NCBI GenBank assembly: GCA_024653905.1
Contig: JANLGZ010000019.1
Span: 1 to 37,923 of the forward strand
Reading direction: 5' to 3'
From: an archaeon
GTDB lineage: Archaea; Iainarchaeota; Iainarchaeia; Iainarchaeales; Iainarchaeaceae
DNA: 37,923 nt
Both the position numbers and the translations under genes were made by a program. Within the stretch, counting starts at the first letter, position 1. Each line of letters begins with the position of its first letter. This document shows, piece after piece, positions 17,986 through 25,199 of the stretch. Under the pieces are notes generated by a model, which saw only the letters and a program-made list of their open reading frames with translations, was not told the origin of the DNA and ran no database searches.

Positions 17986-18405
17986 ATGGGGAAAGAACTT
18001 GATGAAAAAGTACAAATAGCTTTTGAAAATGCAAGAAAAAAATTTTTATTCTCAGATGTTGATTTTCACAAAGCAATAGAATTTCCAGAAATCACAATAA
18101 TATCATGCAACGGCAAAATAGGCTCACTAATAGGCAGAAATGGTATTATTGTAGCTGAATTAAGCAAAGAACTTAATTCCAAAATAAGAGTTGTTGAACA
18201 TTCCCAAAACCCAAAAAAAGTAATTGCAGACTTAATAGGCAATGTAAGATTATTAGGAGTTAATGAAGTGTTTGAACCAAGCGGCACTAAAATAAAAATA
18301 ATAATAAATACTCATGATTCAAAGAAATTATCCGCTACACCCGAACACTTAGAGAAAGCAATCGAAGAACTAACCCAAAACAAAGCAAAACTGGAATTCA
18401 AGTGA
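17986..18405 (+). CDS. KH-domain RNA-binding protein (archaeal NusA-like)
   Basis: 139 aa. GKIGSLIGRNGIIVAELSKELNSKIRVVEHSQNPKKVIADLIGNVRLLGVNE carries a GxxG KH motif followed by the sed...fi.nal..v.v pattern seen in archaeal NusA homologues. Confidence 0.5.
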   Translation: MGKELDEKVQIAFENARKKFLFSDVDFHKAIEFPEITIISCNGKIGSLIGRNGIIVAELSKELNSKIRVVEHSQNPKKVIADLIGNVRLLGVNEVFEPSGTKIKIIINTHDSKKLSATPEHLEKAIEELTQNKAKLEFK

Positions 18406-18473
18406 AAAAGGCAAACCTTTAATTTATAACCCTACTAAAAAATATTAAAAAAGAAGAATATTAAAAACAGGTT

Positions 18474-18653
18474 ATGATTATGCCCGGGCCCAAAAAACCC
18501 ATAAGACCAATAAAACCATCAACGCCACCAACATGGGAAGAATTACAATCCGAAACTTTGTGGAAGAAGTTCAATGCACAAAAACCACATATTAAAACTT
18601 TATCAAGAAAACGAGTGAATAACCAAAAACCAACCATACAAAAACGAGGTTAA
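18474..18653 (+). CDS. possible small basic Pro/Lys-rich protein
   Basis: 59-aa ORF: MIMPGPKKPIRPIKPSTPPTWEELQSETLWKKFNAQKPHIKTLSRKRVNNQKPTIQKRG. AGGT lies upstream. No homology recognised. Confidence 0.25.
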   Translation: MIMPGPKKPIRPIKPSTPPTWEELQSETLWKKFNAQKPHIKTLSRKRVNNQKPTIQKRG

Positions 18654-18712
18654 AACCTCAAAAATCTAATCATTTATTGTGCAAAGCCCATGATTGCGAA
18701 AAGTATTTATAT

Positions 18713-18761
18713 ATCATGAATCTATCATGATAGTACATGAACAATCATGAATCAATCATGA
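18713..18761 (+). promoter_or_regulatory. helically phased array of five (A/T)(T/A)CATGA palindromic half-operators over the TATA box and start of the wHTH gene
   Basis: ATCATGA at 18713, 18724, 18744 and 18755, plus the variant TACATGA at 18734. Spacings are 11/10/10/11 bp. TCATGA is self-complementary. TATA-like TATTTATATA sits at about 18704-18713. The first in-frame ATG is at 18737. Confidence 0.5.
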
Positions 18762-19216
18762 AAGATGTCCTCAAAGAAAAACAATTACTGGATAAAATAA
18801 GCCCAAAGTTTCAGCAATTGAATGAGCTAGACGAAATCATGGAACAAGCGGATAACCCTAAGGTTTTAGCTGCTTTAATGTTCAGATTGATTCAGGAAAA
18901 AGAAAAAACCAATAGCTTGCTTGAAAACATTAATGAAAAATACGATAAAATAATGTTTTCAGTAAAAACCCAAAACCCCCTTGAAACCAATACGCAGGAA
19001 TCAAGAGATACACAGTTCGAGGTTCTTCCAGAACAAGATCAAATGATTTTGAAAATAGTGGAAGAACAAGGCCAATGCACAGCTAAAGACATTAAAACAA
19101 TGCTTAGCTACAAAGGTCTGAACGCAGCATGTCAAAGGCTGAACAAACTGTACAAGGAAGGCTACCTTAAAAAAGTCAAATCAGGAAGGAAGGTATTATA
19201 CTTAGCAAAATGCTAG
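18737..19216 (+). CDS. winged-helix transcriptional regulator (MarR/ArsR-like C-terminal wHTH)
   Basis: 159 aa. The C-terminus reads DQMILKIVEEQGQCTAKDIKTMLSYKGLNAACQRLNKLYKEGYLKKVKSGRKVLYLAK. The alternative start at 18758 is also in frame. Confidence 0.6.
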   Translation: MNNHESIMKDVLKEKQLLDKISPKFQQLNELDEIMEQADNPKVLAALMFRLIQEKEKTNSLLENINEKYDKIMFSVKTQNPLETNTQESRDTQFEVLPEQDQMILKIVEEQGQCTAKDIKTMLSYKGLNAACQRLNKLYKEGYLKKVKSGRKVLYLAKC

Positions 19217-19388
19217 GGCTAAAAAAAAGATGAGAGAGGAGTAGCACTTATTCTGAAACCCCCACCTCAGAGCTGCTCTTTTCCTTCTCTTTACTTCTTT
19301 CAAAACACAAATACTATTTCTTTTCTTTTTCGCCAAAGTTTTTTTTCTTTAAAGAAAAATGTTGATTCTTAAGGTTTAAATATCACAA

Positions 19389-21182
19389 ATGCGATTAGAT
19401 AACATGGCATCGTTTGATATCGGGGATAAAAGCTCAGTAATTGGAAGAAGCATGAATGATATTGAAAAGTACGGCGATAAAGCCACTGCTTATTTTGGAA
19501 AAAGCGTCATGAGTTCAGGAGAAAAACCCGTTCTTGGAAGAAAAATTCTGATTGATATTGCAAAACCGCATGTAATGCTTATTTGCGGCAAAAGAGGCGG
19601 GGGGAAGTGCCTTGATGGGGATACTCTAATTACACTTGAAGACGGTTCTTTAATTAAAATTAAAAATTTGGAACAAGATACTAAAAAAATCATGGCACTT
19701 AATAATAACTTCAAAATTCAAAAAGCAGAAAAAACAAATTTTTACAAAAGAAAAGTAAACAAAATGTTAGAAATAACTCTGGCAAGTGGGAAAAAAATCA
19801 AACTTACACCAGAACATCCTCTGCTTACAAAAAAAGGATGGGCTCAAGCTAAAGATATAAAATTAAATACAAGAATTGCAACACAAAAAAAAATATGCGA
19901 AAAACAAAATATAATAGAAAATATAAACTCAAATCAAAAACAACTGCAAATAAAAAAACAGATTCAAGGAGATGTTCATTGGGATGAAATAAAAGAAAAA
20001 AAGAAATTAGAAGGAAATTTCCAAGTATATGATCTTACTGTGCCAAAATTCCACAACTTTGTCGCAAATGATATTATTGTTCATAACTCTTACTCAATGG
20101 CTGTTTTAATAGAGGAATTTGCAAGACAGCCAATTGATATTCGGAAAAGATTAAGCGTAATTGTAATTGACACTGTTGGAATTTTCTGGAGTTTAAAATT
20201 ACCAACAAAACAAGGAATTAAGGAACTTGAAAAATGGGATTTAAAACCTGAAAAAACAGATGTAAGAGTCCTTGTTCCGAAAGGAAAACTTGATTTTTAC
20301 AAGAAAAAAGAAATACCAATAGACGGAGCGTTCACTTTAAGAGTTTCAGAACTGGAAACAGCAGAATGGATGAGCCTGTTTAAACTTTCATGGAAAGACC
20401 CTGAAGCAATTTTATTATCAAGGATTGTTGATGAAGTAAAAGAAAAACTAGGAACACTTTATGGTTTGGATGAATTAATAACCGCAGCAAAAAATGACAA
20501 TGAATCAGAAAAAAATACGCGAGACGGAATAGCAGGAAGATTCAGAGCCGCAAAAACATGGGGTTTGTTTGAAAAAGAAGGAACTAAAATAAAAGAAATC
20601 GCAAAACCCGCAACAATAACCATAATCGATGTTTCGGCATACAGACAAGCTGTCGGAATGGAAGGAACAAGAGATGTTATTGTAGGACTTCTTGGAAAAA
20701 GGCTATTTGAGGAAAGGATGCTTTACAGAAAAGAAGAGGAAATCAGACAGACTAAAGGATTAACAAGAGAAAGTGATTTACCAATAATCTGGATGATGAT
20801 TGATGAAGCCCACATGTTCATGCCAAAAGACGAAGACAGTTTTGCACTTTCGGTTTTACTGGAATGGGTTAGAGTTGGAAGACAACCAGGACTTTCATTA
20901 TTACTGGCAACTCAAAGACCAAATAAATTACACCCTGATGCAATTTCACAATGCGATTTATTCATTTCACACAGAATGACCGCCCAACCAGACATTGATG
21001 CAGTAGCCCAATTAAGACCAAGTTATTTACACCAGGATTTTGACAAGTATTATCAGGAAATGCCACGAGCAAAAGGATATGCATTAGTTCTTGATGATCA
21101 AAGTGAAAAACTCTGGCTCATAAAAGTAAGGCCAAGATTTTCCTGGGACGCAGGAGTTACTGCAAGTGCGTTTAAGAATTAA
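19389..21182 (+). CDS. HerA/FtsK-superfamily (DUF87/COG0433-like) P-loop ATPase, interrupted by a mini-intein
   Basis: 597-aa precursor. Walker A LICGKRGGGK|...|SYSMAV is split by the intein. Walker B is IWMMIDEAHMF. LLATQRPNKLHPDAISQCDLFISHRM matches the HerA/VirB4-like sensor region. Confidence 0.75.
   Translation: MRLDNMASFDIGDKSSVIGRSMNDIEKYGDKATAYFGKSVMSSGEKPVLGRKILIDIAKPHVMLICGKRGGGKCLDGDTLITLEDGSLIKIKNLEQDTKKIMALNNNFKIQKAEKTNFYKRKVNKMLEITLASGKKIKLTPEHPLLTKKGWAQAKDIKLNTRIATQKKICEKQNIIENINSNQKQLQIKKQIQGDVHWDEIKEKKKLEGNFQVYDLTVPKFHNFVANDIIVHNSYSMAVLIEEFARQPIDIRKRLSVIVIDTVGIFWSLKLPTKQGIKELEKWDLKPEKTDVRVLVPKGKLDFYKKKEIPIDGAFTLRVSELETAEWMSLFKLSWKDPEAILLSRIVDEVKEKLGTLYGLDELITAAKNDNESEKNTRDGIAGRFRAAKTWGLFEKEGTKIKEIAKPATITIIDVSAYRQAVGMEGTRDVIVGLLGKRLFEERMLYRKEEEIRQTKGLTRESDLPIIWMMIDEAHMFMPKDEDSFALSVLLEWVRVGRQPGLSLLLATQRPNKLHPDAISQCDLFISHRMTAQPDIDAVAQLRPSYLHQDFDKYYQEMPRAKGYALVLDDQSEKLWLIKVRPRFSWDAGVTASAFKN
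19608..20087 (+). mobile_element. mini-intein (160 aa, no homing-endonuclease domain) inserted between K and S of the Walker A GK[ST]
   Basis: Begins CLDGDTLITLEDG (block A, Cys1). LTPEHPLLT is block B (TxxH). VYDLTVPKFHNFVANDIIVHN gives blocks F/G, ending HN. The +1 residue is Ser (SYSMAV). The splice junction restores GKRGGGKSYS. Confidence 0.85.
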
Positions 21183-21186
21183 CAAT

Positions 21187-22395
21187 TCAATTAATTTTTA
21201 AAACAAAATTATCTTTTTGAGGTTCACACTTTTCTGGTTCTAGAATAGTGTATGCTCCGTTTTCAGGCAAATTAAAAGCAGTTTCATTAAACACTACCAG
21301 AACAATTCCTTTTTCCAGAAGAGAATTCAAATCATTCCCTAAATTCAAAGGTTCTGCTACAATTCCTTGCGGATAAAAATAAACCCAATTATCACTTGCA
21401 ACTCTACATTCTTTCAGAAATTCCCCTTCAGGAAGAATAGGATTTGAAGGAGGATAATTTAACAGTATAACTATTGAAAACATGAAAAGCAAAATAATCA
21501 ATACTGATAAAAATTTCTTTATGTTTGGGTTTGTTGTTTTGGAAAGATTTAATGCCTGAGCAGGAACAAGCAGATTCAGGAACCTTAATTCTTTAATGCC
21601 CGAAAACAAAAACTGGATTGATGCAAAAATCGCAGCAAGATTATATTTTTTCGAAATTTCAAATCTCTTGTTTAATGCAAGGCTTATCAAAAAGAAAATT
21701 ATGATTATAATTGATAATAAATCAAAAGAACCAAACAAACCTTTCTGTGAAATGTTCAGAAAAATAGATTCTTTAACACTAAAAAAGGCATCTCCTGTTT
21801 CTGAATAATTATAAAATAACCATGGAAGCCAAAGCAGAATAACAGGCACAAAAAGTTTTGCCAAATTTTTTGGTTTTTCCTTATAAATTAAAATTAAACC
21901 ATAAAGAAAAAAATTATATCTTGCAAGAGTCGCCAAACCAAAAAAGAAACCCTTCTTTAATGGAGAATCAAATGCGAATGCCAAAAGCAAAAACGAAAGC
22001 GCAAACAAATCACTCCCTGCATTAGATTGAATAAGTATTATTGGAAACAAAAAAGAAAAGCCCGCAACCAAAAACTTATCTGAAAAACCTTTTTCTTTTA
22101 AATAAGTAAAAAGTATTGCAACAAAATAAAGTAAAGATGCTAGAGCAATTGAAAACAAAACTGAGAGATTGTTAGCTCCAAAAATACAATTAATAAAACC
22201 AGGAAGCGGGGGCCTCAACCATTCAAAATAAACTTGGTTTCCACAGAACCATTGACCCTGCAATTGATAAACAATCAAGTCCCATGAAAAACCGGAAAAT
22301 TGCTGTAATTGAAAAAACAAGAAAATAAAGAAGAATAAGATAAACCATTTGAAAGTAATGATTTTACGATTTAACTTATTGAATAAGCTTTTCAT
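21187..22395 (-). CDS. polytopic membrane protein, GT-C-like putative glycosyltransferase (tentative)
   Basis: 402 aa with about 10-11 TM helices and a roughly 90-aa C-terminal soluble domain. The architecture resembles ArnT/PMT-type GT-C enzymes. No catalytic motif verified. Confidence 0.4.
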   Translation of the reverse strand: MKSLFNKLNRKIITFKWFILFFFIFLFFQLQQFSGFSWDLIVYQLQGQWFCGNQVYFEWLRPPLPGFINCIFGANNLSVLFSIALASLLYFVAILFTYLKEKGFSDKFLVAGFSFLFPIILIQSNAGSDLFALSFLLLAFAFDSPLKKGFFFGLATLARYNFFLYGLILIYKEKPKNLAKLFVPVILLWLPWLFYNYSETGDAFFSVKESIFLNISQKGLFGSFDLLSIIIIIFFLISLALNKRFEISKKYNLAAIFASIQFLFSGIKELRFLNLLVPAQALNLSKTTNPNIKKFLSVLIILLFMFSIVILLNYPPSNPILPEGEFLKECRVASDNWVYFYPQGIVAEPLNLGNDLNSLLEKGIVLVVFNETAFNLPENGAYTILEPEKCEPQKDNFVLKIN

Positions 22396-22492
22396 GAATA
22401 GAATACTTAAGCTAAAATGGGTTTATAAATAATTGAATTCTCAAAAAAACAAGGTATACTTTGTTAATTTACTGACAAACGCCCTGCACGGT

Positions 22493-22996
22493 TTACAATA
22501 ACCCTTGTTTTATTTCCTCAGTAAATTTCAAAACATTGGTTTTTCCAACACTTTCCTTTTCAAGAACGCCTCTGTCAATAAGTTTCTGAACAACCCTGTG
22601 GCTTTTCACTTTAGTCATTCCGGGAAGCCTTGTAACCTCAGCCTGCAAAATTTTACCTTTGTTTTCAAGCAACAAATTCACTAATTTTTTTTCATCAGAA
22701 TTCAGAAGTTTCAGAATAACATCAGTATTTTTTTTCAAAGATTTTTCCTTGGATTCAACCTGCTGAGCCATTAAATAATAAGTACCAGCACCAATAAGCA
22801 AAGCGAAAGAAAGCATCAATGGAAGCGCAGTCTGCAAAAAATCAAGTTCTTGTTCATGAGGACAGCCCGCAATTAATGAACATTCTTCAGTATGTCCAGT
22901 CAAACCTAAAAAAGGAAAAATATTGAAAGCCAATACCAAAAATGATACAATAATAACAATTCCAATAATCACATTTTTGTTATTTGATGAAATCAT
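22493..22996 (-). CDS. two-TM membrane-tethered winged-HTH regulator with a His/Cys-rich outer loop (COG2512-like)
   Basis: 167 aa. TM1 (VIIGIVIIVSFLVLAFNIF), loop GHTEECSLIAGCPHEQE, TM2 (ALPLMLSFALLIGAGTYYL), then a cytoplasmic wHTH (EKKLVNLLLENKGKILQAEVTRLPGMTKVKSHRVVQKLIDRGVLEKESVGKTNVLKF). Divergent from the Cys-protein operon. Confidence 0.6.
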   Translation of the reverse strand: MISSNNKNVIIGIVIIVSFLVLAFNIFPFLGLTGHTEECSLIAGCPHEQELDFLQTALPLMLSFALLIGAGTYYLMAQQVESKEKSLKKNTDVILKLLNSDEKKLVNLLLENKGKILQAEVTRLPGMTKVKSHRVVQKLIDRGVLEKESVGKTNVLKFTEEIKQGLL

Positions 22997-23112
22997 AGCA
23001 ATATTTTATTGTAAATGTTTTAAATTACCGCTTATTTCACGGTTTCATGAATCGCTATATATGGTTTCAGTACAAGTTACTTCAGTAAAAACCATTTGAG
23101 AGGTGGTAATTT

Positions 23113-23796
23113 TTGGAAAAAACAATGAACACTGAGAAACTAGTATTTGCACTGGCATTTCTGGTTCTTGGAACAATGGCATTCAACATTTTCCTACAGG
23201 GAGAACTATCCCAACAGGTTGTTGAACAAAAAATACAAATACAATATTTGAGCCTGTCACAAAACACAGCTCAGCAAAGTAATAATAGCAATACAGCAGA
23301 AAATACTCAAACAGTGATTTCGTTTGAAGAATTCCTGCCAAAAGGAGTTCCAGCAATTTATGGAACAGAATTAGGAGTGAGTTTTGATAAACCAGTGGAA
23401 AGTCTGGCAGTAATGCAAGCACTGGACGGAGACCTCTATCAGGACGGAAAGCTGAAGTTTTCTGACCTTGACGATGCATCAAAACAGGACTTCATCAAAA
23501 TAGGAATGAGTATCTCATGCGAATACTGCTGCGGAGCAGAGTATATTGTGGCTCCAAATGGACAGCCGGCATGCGGATGTGCACACAGCGCTGCAATGAG
23601 AGGACTGATAAAATACCTTTTGATAAACCATAGAGGCGACTACACAAATGAACAGATCCTGGAACAACTAACGTTATGGAAAACAATGTTTTTTCCAAAA
23701 CAAATGTACCAGAAAACGATTCAGTTACAGGCTGAAGGCGGAAGCCTAACAGGAACTGTTTTGGATGAAATACCTGACATGGTAGGGGGCTGTTAA
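23113..23796 (+). CDS. membrane-anchored Cys-rich protein (CxxCCG-x11-CGCxH domain) ending in PDMVGGC
   Basis: 227 aa. TTG at 23113 lies 7 nt after GAGGTGG; an ATG at 23125 is an alternative start. N-terminal TM anchor. Motif SCEYCCGAEYIVAPNGQPACGCAHSAAMRGL. C-terminus IPDMVGGC. Confidence 0.6.
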   Translation: MEKTMNTEKLVFALAFLVLGTMAFNIFLQGELSQQVVEQKIQIQYLSLSQNTAQQSNNSNTAENTQTVISFEEFLPKGVPAIYGTELGVSFDKPVESLAVMQALDGDLYQDGKLKFSDLDDASKQDFIKIGMSISCEYCCGAEYIVAPNGQPACGCAHSAAMRGLIKYLLINHRGDYTNEQILEQLTLWKTMFFPKQMYQKTIQLQAEGGSLTGTVLDEIPDMVGGC

Positions 23797-23797
23797 A

Positions 23798-24067
23798 ATG
23801 AGCGAAAAGAAAGACGAAAAAGTTTCAATGGATAAGAATACACTCATTGCATTATTTCTTGGAGCAATGTTTTTGTTAGCAGCATTCCAGACAGTACAGC
23901 TTTCTGAATTAAAACAAAATATATACACACAGAAAAATGAAATAAGTCAATTGAAAGGAACGGCTAATTTGGCAGCTGCCCCTGTGAAAACACAGACCGC
24001 AAGCAATGATTCTAGCGGAATTCCACAAAGCCTGCAGAATGTTCCTGATATGGTTGGGGGATGTTAA
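23798..24067 (+). CDS. small membrane-anchored protein ending in PDMVGGC
   Basis: 89 aa. TM anchor (LIALFLGAMFLLAAF), a Q/S/T-rich linker, and C-terminus VPDMVGGC. The ATG is 1 nt after the upstream stop. Confidence 0.55.
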   Translation: MSEKKDEKVSMDKNTLIALFLGAMFLLAAFQTVQLSELKQNIYTQKNEISQLKGTANLAAAPVKTQTASNDSSGIPQSLQNVPDMVGGC

Positions 24068-24508
24068 TTGCAGGACACAATAACTGAAAAAGTTGCCGGA
24101 GGCACATCAACAGCCTCCGGTGCCCTCAGTTTTTTGGGCGGATGGCAAGTATGCCACAATATTTGCCTTGGATTAATCGGCTTGCTCGCACTTATAGGAA
24201 TCAGTGTAGAGGGAATGCCTCTTGAATTCTTGCAAGTTTACGCAATACCATTATGGACAATTGCATTGGCACTTTTGGCATTCACAGGATATATGTATGC
24301 AAAACATAAATGTGTTTCAAAAAATATGCTGGCAATAAACACAGGACTAATAATTGCAGCAACACCTTTTCCTGAAGCAGATCCTTTCAGAATAGGATTG
24401 TGGATAATAGGATTCGGTTTGGTTGGAGTGGCAGTATACAATTACACAGAAAAAAAATTATCAAAAAAAGAGGAGGAAAAAGAATGTTGTCGTACACAAA
24501 CGCAATAA
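24068..24508 (+). CDS. 4-TM membrane protein with intramembrane CHNIC and a C-terminal ECC motif
   Basis: 146 aa. The only start-like codon is the TTG abutting the upstream TAA. TM1 contains GGWQVCHNICLGL. The cytoplasmic tail is KKEEEKECCRTQTQ. Confidence 0.5.
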   Translation: MQDTITEKVAGGTSTASGALSFLGGWQVCHNICLGLIGLLALIGISVEGMPLEFLQVYAIPLWTIALALLAFTGYMYAKHKCVSKNMLAINTGLIIAATPFPEADPFRIGLWIIGFGLVGVAVYNYTEKKLSKKEEEKECCRTQTQ

Positions 24509-24747
24509 TAGCATTAGTAATAATAGCCGGCTTGGTGATGGTTGGTTCAGCAGTATTGAATCTAAACACACCGCAACAAACAATCCAACAAAATAATTCA
24601 GTTAGGTTACAAAATACACAGGAAAATTATCAGGAATTTGTTTCGGCAGAATTAGCTGACAAATGTGCTGTTCCAGAAGGCTATACAGAAAAATCATGGA
24701 AAGAACACATGGGCCATCACCCTAATAGGTATGAAGGGTGTTTGTAG
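24484..24747 (+). CDS. small membrane-anchored His/Cys protein
   Basis: 87 aa from the ATG at 24484, preceded by GGAGGAAAAAGA. TM anchor (IIALVIIAGLVMVGSAVL), then ...ADKCAVPEGYTEKSWKEHMGHHPNRYEGCL. The earlier part of the track ORF (24400-24483) overlaps the previous gene and is unlikely to be coding. Confidence 0.5.
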   Translation: MLSYTNAIIALVIIAGLVMVGSAVLNLNTPQQTIQQNNSVRLQNTQENYQEFVSAELADKCAVPEGYTEKSWKEHMGHHPNRYEGCL

Positions 24748-25190
24748 TGAAGAAATTTTTGTTGCCAGTATTTATAATAGGATTAATAATTCTATCCGGC
24801 TGTACACAATCAAATAATTCTGACAACACTAAAGTTGAGTTATACAAATCAGCCAGCTGCGGTTGCTGTTCAGGTTATGCGGCAGAAATGTCTGGAAAAA
24901 ATTTTAATGTTGAAAAAATCAACACCGAAAATATGAGCAACATAAAAACACAATACAATATACCAAGCAATATGCAAAGTTGTCATACTTCAATTATCGA
25001 AGGTTATTTTGTGGAGGGTCATGTTCCAATAGAAGCCGTGAATAAGCTTTTAGAAGAAAGACCAGATATTGATGGAATTGCTTTGCCTAGAATGCCTGCA
25101 GGAAGTCTTGGAATGCCAGGAGTAAAGCAGGGAAAATTCATTATATACGCACTAAAAAACGGAAACGCAACAGTTTTCATGGAAATTTGA
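24738..25190 (+). CDS. DUF411 / CopG-like metal-binding lipoprotein (CxCC motif)
   Basis: 150 aa. Lipobox LSGC. LYKSASCGCCSGYAAEM, MQSCHTSIIEGYFVEGHVPIEAVNKLLEE and GIALPRMPAGSLGMPG match the DUF411 pattern. The start may be the GTG at 24747 (MKKFLL...), which overlaps the upstream TAG by 1 nt. Confidence 0.8.
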   Translation: MFVVKKFLLPVFIIGLIILSGCTQSNNSDNTKVELYKSASCGCCSGYAAEMSGKNFNVEKINTENMSNIKTQYNIPSNMQSCHTSIIEGYFVEGHVPIEAVNKLLEERPDIDGIALPRMPAGSLGMPGVKQGKFIIYALKNGNATVFMEI

Positions 25191-25199
25191 GGGGATTGA

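Noticed and set aside
24400-24483. Upstream extension of the 115-aa track ORF
   Set aside because: It overlaps the 3' part of the 4-TM gene in another frame. A GGAGG-type Shine-Dalgarno precedes the internal ATG at 24484, after which a normal TM anchor begins.
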